From: an uncultured Verrucomicrobiae bacterium
GTDB taxonomy: Bacteria > Verrucomicrobiota > Verrucomicrobiia > Opitutales > JABDGR01
Direction: 5' to 3'
NCBI GenBank assembly: GCA_963765205.1
Contig: CAVXVB010000008.1
Span: 224,001-288,000 of the forward strand
DNA length: 64,000 nt
Below the pieces are notes generated by a model that was not told the origin of the DNA, did not search any database, and worked only from the letters and a program-made list of their open reading frames with translations. Every line of letters begins with the position of its first letter. The stretch's first letter is position 1. Positions 58,967 through 64,000 of the stretch are shown piece by piece. The position numbers were made by a program, and so were the translations under genes.

Positions 58967-59025
58967 ACCACGGATGGCACGGATGATAAGGGCATTTTAT
59001 CCGTGTTATCCGTGCTATCCGTGGT
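58967..59025. repeat. Palindromic 9-mer repeat element (CACGGAT.. / ..ATCCGTG)
   Basis: ACCACGGATGGCACGGATG...ATCCGTGTTATCCGTGCTATCCGTGGT. Confidence 0.8.
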
Positions 59026-59036
59026 AAAAAGCTCCC

Positions 59037-59405
59037 ATGCGCTTTCCCCAACTGCTGCAACGCGCCGCGCGCGTGGTGGGCCGCACCCAGCGCGCCCTGC
59101 CGGGGCCGTTGCGCGAGCCGGCGGCGGCTTTGCCCGTGATTTACGAGCGCGCCCCCGGGCCAGAATGGGAGGCTGACGGCGTGGATGGGGACACGCTGGG
59201 CCTGTTCACCGGCCCCGCCTACGGCGAAGACCCGGGCCTGGACCCGCTGCCCGCGCGAATCATCCTTTTTCTGGATAATATCTGGGACTACGCCGACGGC
59301 GACGCGGCGGCCTACGATGAAGAAGTCCGCACGACCTACCTCCACGAGCTTGGGCACTACCTGCGCCTGGACGAAGGGGATTTGGAGCGGCGGGGGCTGG
59401 GGTGA
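59037..59405 (+). CDS. Minimal zincin-like metallopeptidase family protein
   Basis: LGLFTG, P.RIILF, TYLHELGHYL. Confidence 0.85.
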   Translation: MRFPQLLQRAARVVGRTQRALPGPLREPAAALPVIYERAPGPEWEADGVDGDTLGLFTGPAYGEDPGLDPLPARIILFLDNIWDYADGDAAAYDEEVRTTYLHELGHYLRLDEGDLERRGLG

Positions 59406-59526
59406 GCCTCGCGGATAAAACGCCGACAGATTGGTTGGTGCGCAGGCTTGCGATGCGGGAAAATTTGGGCAGAATCGGTGATGGGTTCAATTTTTAGAAC
59501 CGGCCCCCACCCTCCTTTTTCCCGCC

Positions 59527-61188
59527 ATGACCGCCCTCCTCGCCCGCGCCAGAATTTGGACGGCGCTGGGCGTTTTGATGACGGCGTCGGTGCTGGCGGG
59601 GTGCGGGGCGCGGGAGACGCCGGTGGAGGTGGCCAACCGCGAGGGGATTTTGCTCATGGGCAACGGCGGCGACCCGTCGTCGCTGGACCCGCAGATCATC
59701 GAGACGCTGAATGACTCGCGCATCAGCATGGCGCTCTACGAGGGCCTGACCATTCCCGACCCGGTGACGCTCGAACCGCGGCCGGGCGTGGCCAAGAGCT
59801 GGGAATACGACGACAAGACGCTGACGTGGACGTTTCACCTGCGCGCGGAGGCGAAGTGGTCGAACAGCGACCCGGTGACGGCGGGCGATTTCGTGTTTTC
59901 GTTCCAGCGCATCCTCACCCCGGCGCTGGGCGCGGACTACGCGAACATGCTCTACGCGATCAAAAACGCCGAGGCGTTCAACAATGGAAACTTGAAGGAC
60001 TTCACGAAGGTCGGCGTGAAGGCGCTCGACGACCATACGCTGCAAATCCAGCTCGAACACCCGACGAGCTACTTCCTCGAATTGTGTTACCACCAGACCT
60101 TCCTGCCGGTGCATCCGCCAACGATCAAAAAGTTCGACGCGATGACGCGTCGCGACACGGGCTGGGACAAGGCCGGCTCGCTCGTTGGCAACGGGCCGTT
60201 CATGCTGACGAAATACGTGCTGGGCGAAGTGGTCGAGGTGAAGAAGAACCCGAACTATTGGGACGCCGCGCATGTGCGGCTCAATGGCGTCCGTTTTTTT
60301 CCGATTGCGGACAACAACGCCGAGGAACGCGCGTTCCGCAACGGGGCGCTGCACCTGACGAGCACGCTGCCGCCGCCACGCATTCCCGCCTACAAGGAAA
60401 CCCATTCGCCGTATTTGCGCGTCATGCCGGTTTACGGCGCTTACTTTTACACCATCAACACACGCAAGGAAAAAGGGGCGCTGAGCGACCCGCGCGTGCG
60501 CATGGCGATGGACCTGGCGCTGGACCGGCAGTCGCTGGTGGACCATGTGACGCGCGGCGGCCAGATTCCCGCGTATGCACTCACGCCGCCCTCGGCCGCC
60601 TATACGCCGCGCGCGCAATTACACGAGGACGTGGCCGCCGCGCAACGCCTGCTGGCCGAGGCCGGCTACCCCGGCGGCAAGGGCATCGCGCCGATTGAGC
60701 TGCTCTACAACACCTCCGACGCCCACCGCGCCGTCGCGGAGTATTTGCAGGAGTCGTGGAAGAAGAACCTGGGCCTGGACATACGCCTGGCCAACGTGGC
60801 CGCGCCCGCGTGGATGGACCGCCGCGGCAACGCGGATTACGACATCATTCGCGCCGGCTGGTATGCCGATTACCTCGACCCCTCGACCTTCCTCGAACTT
60901 TTTTCCAGCGACAACGACATGGAACAATCCGGCTGGAAGAACGCGGACTACGACAAGTTCATCCTCGCGGCGCGCAACGAAAACGACCCGGCGAAGCGCA
61001 TGGAGGACTTCCAGCAAGCCGAAGCCGTCCTGATGAAAGAGGTGCCGTTCATCCCGCTGTATTATTACACGACTATCTTTCTCATCCGCCCGGAAGTGCG
61101 CGGCTACGAGAACAACTTGCTGGACGAGCATATTTACCAGAACATTTATTTGGATCCGATCGCAACCACGCCGGAGCCGCAAAAATAG
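59527..61188 (+). CDS. oppA: Oligopeptide ABC transporter substrate-binding lipoprotein
   Basis: Lipobox LAGC, SLDP, WSNSDPVTAGDF, GNGPF, GWYADY.DP. Confidence 0.92.
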   Translation: MTALLARARIWTALGVLMTASVLAGCGARETPVEVANREGILLMGNGGDPSSLDPQIIETLNDSRISMALYEGLTIPDPVTLEPRPGVAKSWEYDDKTLTWTFHLRAEAKWSNSDPVTAGDFVFSFQRILTPALGADYANMLYAIKNAEAFNNGNLKDFTKVGVKALDDHTLQIQLEHPTSYFLELCYHQTFLPVHPPTIKKFDAMTRRDTGWDKAGSLVGNGPFMLTKYVLGEVVEVKKNPNYWDAAHVRLNGVRFFPIADNNAEERAFRNGALHLTSTLPPPRIPAYKETHSPYLRVMPVYGAYFYTINTRKEKGALSDPRVRMAMDLALDRQSLVDHVTRGGQIPAYALTPPSAAYTPRAQLHEDVAAAQRLLAEAGYPGGKGIAPIELLYNTSDAHRAVAEYLQESWKKNLGLDIRLANVAAPAWMDRRGNADYDIIRAGWYADYLDPSTFLELFSSDNDMEQSGWKNADYDKFILAARNENDPAKRMEDFQQAEAVLMKEVPFIPLYYYTTIFLIRPEVRGYENNLLDEHIYQNIYLDPIATTPEPQK

Positions 61189-61204
61189 AAACCCTCCACC
61201 CGCC

Positions 61205-62131
61205 ATGTCCCCCGTTCTGCGCCGCGCCTTAATGCGTTTCTTGGAAATCATCCCCGTGCTGTGGGTGGTGCTGACGATCACGTTTTTCCTGGTGCGGACG
61301 GTGCCGGGCGGGCCGTTTGACCGCGAGCGCAAGCTGACGCCGGAGGCGACCGCGCACAACAATGAATACTACGGGCTGGACCAGCCGCTCTACGTGCAAT
61401 ACGTGAAGTATATTTGGAATTTCGCGCATGGCGACCTGGGGCCGGTGTATGTCCACCCGGATTGGACGGTGAACGAATTGCTGGCGCAGAAGGTGCCGAT
61501 TTCGGCGGAGTTGGGCCTGTGGGCGACGCTGGTGGCGCTGGTGGTGGGCCTGGGCACGGGGGTGCTCGCGGCGGCGCGCCCGCGCTCGAAGACGGATTAC
61601 GGCTCGATGGCGGCGGCGATGGTTGCGATTTGCCTGCCGAGCTTTGTGCTGGGGCCGATTTTGCTTTTAATCTTCGGCCTGAAATTGCAATGGGTCAACG
61701 TGATGGGCTGGGACACGGCGGGCGACCGCGTGCTGCCGTCCATCGTGCTGGGGTTGTATTACGCGGCGTATGTGGCGCGGCTGACGCGCGGGAGCATGCT
61801 GGAGGTGCGCGCGCAGGACTTCATCCGCACCGCGCGGGCGAAGGGCAACGGGCCGCTGCGCGTGCTGCTGGTGCATGCGCTGCGCAACGCGCTCGGGCCG
61901 GTGGTGGCGTATCTGGCGCCGACGGTGGCCGGGTTGGTGACGGGGTCGTTCGTGGTCGAGTCCATTTTCCAGATTCCCGGCATCGGGCGGATGTTCGTCG
62001 AGGCAGCGTTGAGCCACGAATACCCGCTGCTCATCAGTATCACGGTGCTGTTCACTTTGGTTTTGCTCTTGTGCAACTGGATCGGCGACGTGCTGATCGC
62101 CCTCCTCAATCCGAAGGCCGCCGCTGAGTGA
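61205..62131 (+). CDS. oppB: Oligopeptide ABC transporter permease
   Basis: PGGPF, RTARAKG, HALRNA, VESIF.IPG.G. Confidence 0.92.
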   Translation: MSPVLRRALMRFLEIIPVLWVVLTITFFLVRTVPGGPFDRERKLTPEATAHNNEYYGLDQPLYVQYVKYIWNFAHGDLGPVYVHPDWTVNELLAQKVPISAELGLWATLVALVVGLGTGVLAAARPRSKTDYGSMAAAMVAICLPSFVLGPILLLIFGLKLQWVNVMGWDTAGDRVLPSIVLGLYYAAYVARLTRGSMLEVRAQDFIRTARAKGNGPLRVLLVHALRNALGPVVAYLAPTVAGLVTGSFVVESIFQIPGIGRMFVEAALSHEYPLLISITVLFTLVLLLCNWIGDVLIALLNPKAAAE

Positions 62132-62168
62132 AAAAAATCCAGCCGATTCGACTGCGGGCGGGTCCACC

Positions 62169-63098
62169 TTGTGGGGCGACGCCTGGCGGCGCTTTCGCCG
62201 GCACCGGCTCGCGTTCGGGAGTTTGGTGTTTCTCGGGTTGATGGCGCTGACGTGCCTCGTCGGGGTGGTGGGACTGGCTTTACGGGCGCGGTTTGGTTTC
62301 GGGTGGCCCTACGATTATTCGGAGCAAGACCTGGCGCTGGGCGCATCCATGTCCTCGGCCGCTCACTGGCTGGGGACGGATTTGCTGGGGCGCGATTTGC
62401 TCACGCGGCTGCTAGTCGGCGGGTTTGTGTCGCTCACGGTGGGTTTTCTCGCAACGGGAATGGTGGTGCTGATTGGCGTGACTTACGGCATGGTGGCCGG
62501 TTATGCGGGCGGGCGGCTCGACCGGTTCATGATGCGCGTGGTAGACATTTTATACGCGCTGCCCTTCACTGTTTTCATCATCATGCTGCTGGTGCTGCTG
62601 GACAAGCCGGTGCAGACGCTGCTGCAACATTTCGGCCATCCGAGTTGGGCGCCATTTATCAAACTGTGCCTGCTCTTCGCGGCCATTGGCGCGTTCGAGT
62701 GGCTGAACATGGCGCGCGTGGTGCGGGCGCGGACGCTCGAGCTGAAGTCGCTGGCGTTTGTCGAGGCGGCGCGGGCGCTGGGCCGGCGGCCGGGGCAGAT
62801 TTTGTGGCATCATTTGCTGCCGAACCTCGCCGGCATCATTGTTATCTACGCCTCGCTGAGCGTGCCGGCGGTGATCATGCTCGAATCGTTCATCAGCTTC
62901 CTCGGGCTGGGCGTGCAGCCGCCGCTGACCTCGTGGGGCGATTTGATCAACCAAGGCGCCTCGAACATGGAACTATATCCCTGGCTGCTGCTTTACCCGA
63001 GCCTGGCGTTCTCGCTCACGCTCTTCGCGCTGAACTTTGTCGGCGACGGCCTGCGCGACGCCCTCGACCCGCGGGCGGACAAGGGGGGCCTAGGGTAA
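62169..63098 (+). CDS. oppC: Oligopeptide ABC transporter permease
   Basis: HWLGTDLLGRD, FVEAARALG, SFLGLG, GDGLRDALDP; start uncertain (TTG 62169 or CTG 62124). Confidence 0.9.
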   Translation: MWGDAWRRFRRHRLAFGSLVFLGLMALTCLVGVVGLALRARFGFGWPYDYSEQDLALGASMSSAAHWLGTDLLGRDLLTRLLVGGFVSLTVGFLATGMVVLIGVTYGMVAGYAGGRLDRFMMRVVDILYALPFTVFIIMLLVLLDKPVQTLLQHFGHPSWAPFIKLCLLFAAIGAFEWLNMARVVRARTLELKSLAFVEAARALGRRPGQILWHHLLPNLAGIIVIYASLSVPAVIMLESFISFLGLGVQPPLTSWGDLINQGASNMELYPWLLLYPSLAFSLTLFALNFVGDGLRDALDPRADKGGLG

Positions 63099-63135
63099 GA
63101 CAAAGGGGAGCGAGTCAAGGACGTTGCGCTGCGAG

Positions 63136-64000
63136 CTACGGCAGCACCGTGGCGCCCATGAGGAAGCGGTCGGCTTCGCGGGCGGCGCCACGGCCTTCGT
63201 TGATGGCCCACACGACGAGGCTTTGGCCGCGGCGGCAATCGCCGGCGGCAAATACGCCGCGCACGCTCGTGGCGTATTTGCCGTGCTCGGCTTTCGCGTT
63301 CGTGCGCGGGTCGCGCTCGACTTTGAGCGCATCGAGTAACGGCTGTTCCGGCCCGAGGAAGCCCATCGCGAGGAGCACCAATTGCGCGGGGATGACGCGC
63401 TCGCTGCCTTTCACCATCTGGGGCCCAAATTGCCCGGCGTCGTTCTTTTTCCATTCGACGTTGACCAGTTCCAGCCCGTTGACGCGGCCGCCAGCATCGG
63501 CGGTAAATTTGGTGGCGGTGACGAGATACTGGCGCGGGTCGCCGCCAAATTTCGCAGCGGCTTCCTCCTGGCCATAGTCGAGCTTGTAAATTTTCGGCCA
63601 CTCGGGCCAGGGATTGTTGGGCGCACGCTCGAGCGGGGGGCGGGCCAGAATTTCCAGTTGCACAAGCGACTTGCAGCCGTGGCGCATGGCGGTGCCGACG
63701 CAGTCGGTGCCGGTGTCGCCACCGCCGATGACAACCACGTCCAACCCGCGCGCGTCAAGGGGTGGGCGGCTGGTGTCAGTGATGCCGTGGTCGAGGAGAA
63801 ACTTGGTGTTGGCGTGCAGATACTCCATCGCAAAATGCACGCCGGAGAAGTTGCGGCCCGGGATAGGCAGGTCGCGCGGCTTGGTTGCGCCAGTGCAGAG
63901 GACGACGGCGTCGAAGTCCTTGAGCAATTTTTCCGCGGCGTAGTTGACGCCGACTTCGACGTTGGTTTGGAAAACGACGCCCTCTTGCGCGAGCAAATCC
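63136..64000 (-). CDS. gltD: Glutamate synthase small subunit (3' part; start outside the window)
   Basis: IGGGDTGTDC, NNPWPEWP, LAMGF.GPE, AGDCRRGQSLVVWAINEGR. Confidence 0.93.
   Translation of the reverse strand, partial: DLLAQEGVVFQTNVEVGVNYAAEKLLKDFDAVVLCTGATKPRDLPIPGRNFSGVHFAMEYLHANTKFLLDHGITDTSRPPLDARGLDVVVIGGGDTGTDCVGTAMRHGCKSLVQLEILARPPLERAPNNPWPEWPKIYKLDYGQEEAAAKFGGDPRQYLVTATKFTADAGGRVNGLELVNVEWKKNDAGQFGPQMVKGSERVIPAQLVLLAMGFLGPEQPLLDALKVERDPRTNAKAEHGKYATSVRGVFAAGDCRRGQSLVVWAINEGRGAAREADRFLMGATVLP

Noticed and set aside
59527..63098. oppABC without ATPase genes
   Set aside because: Split opp loci are common; oppD/oppF are probably elsewhere in the genome.

Overview
A GC-rich bacterial chromosomal segment. 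Gene content and intergenic repeat style suggest Verrucomicrobiota (Opitutales-like); this is an inference. Most of the window is housekeeping: mntR/mntH, type-B L36 and L31, metH, rsmG, def, purM, thrH, thrS, trpB, yicC, nrdAB, oppABC and a partial gltD. Accessory material is interleaved: two VapBC-type toxin-antitoxin pairs, an orphan antitoxin-like gene, a HicB pseudogene, an IS91-like relic, two paralogous ECF sigma factors with different C-terminal domains, a hybrid two-component system, a low-GC Kelch-collagen islet and four GT-C-type membrane glycosyltransferases. The most notable candidates are: (1) a tandem type IV pilin pair, one copy behind a sigma54-type promoter and one behind a sigma70-type promoter, inside a GT-C/GT2/methyltransferase cluster (possible pilin glycosylation system); (2) an exported GH2 fused to an AGE/cellobiose-2-epimerase domain; (3) an AT-rich in-frame ~65-aa insertion in the ThrRS catalytic domain; (4) a class Ic-type RNR beta subunit lacking the radical tyrosine; (5) families of 7-mer and 9-mer intergenic repeats, one pair bracketing a gene inserted in the nrd operon. 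No rRNA, tRNA or CRISPR array was seen. All family assignments are by eye from motifs, not from database searches.
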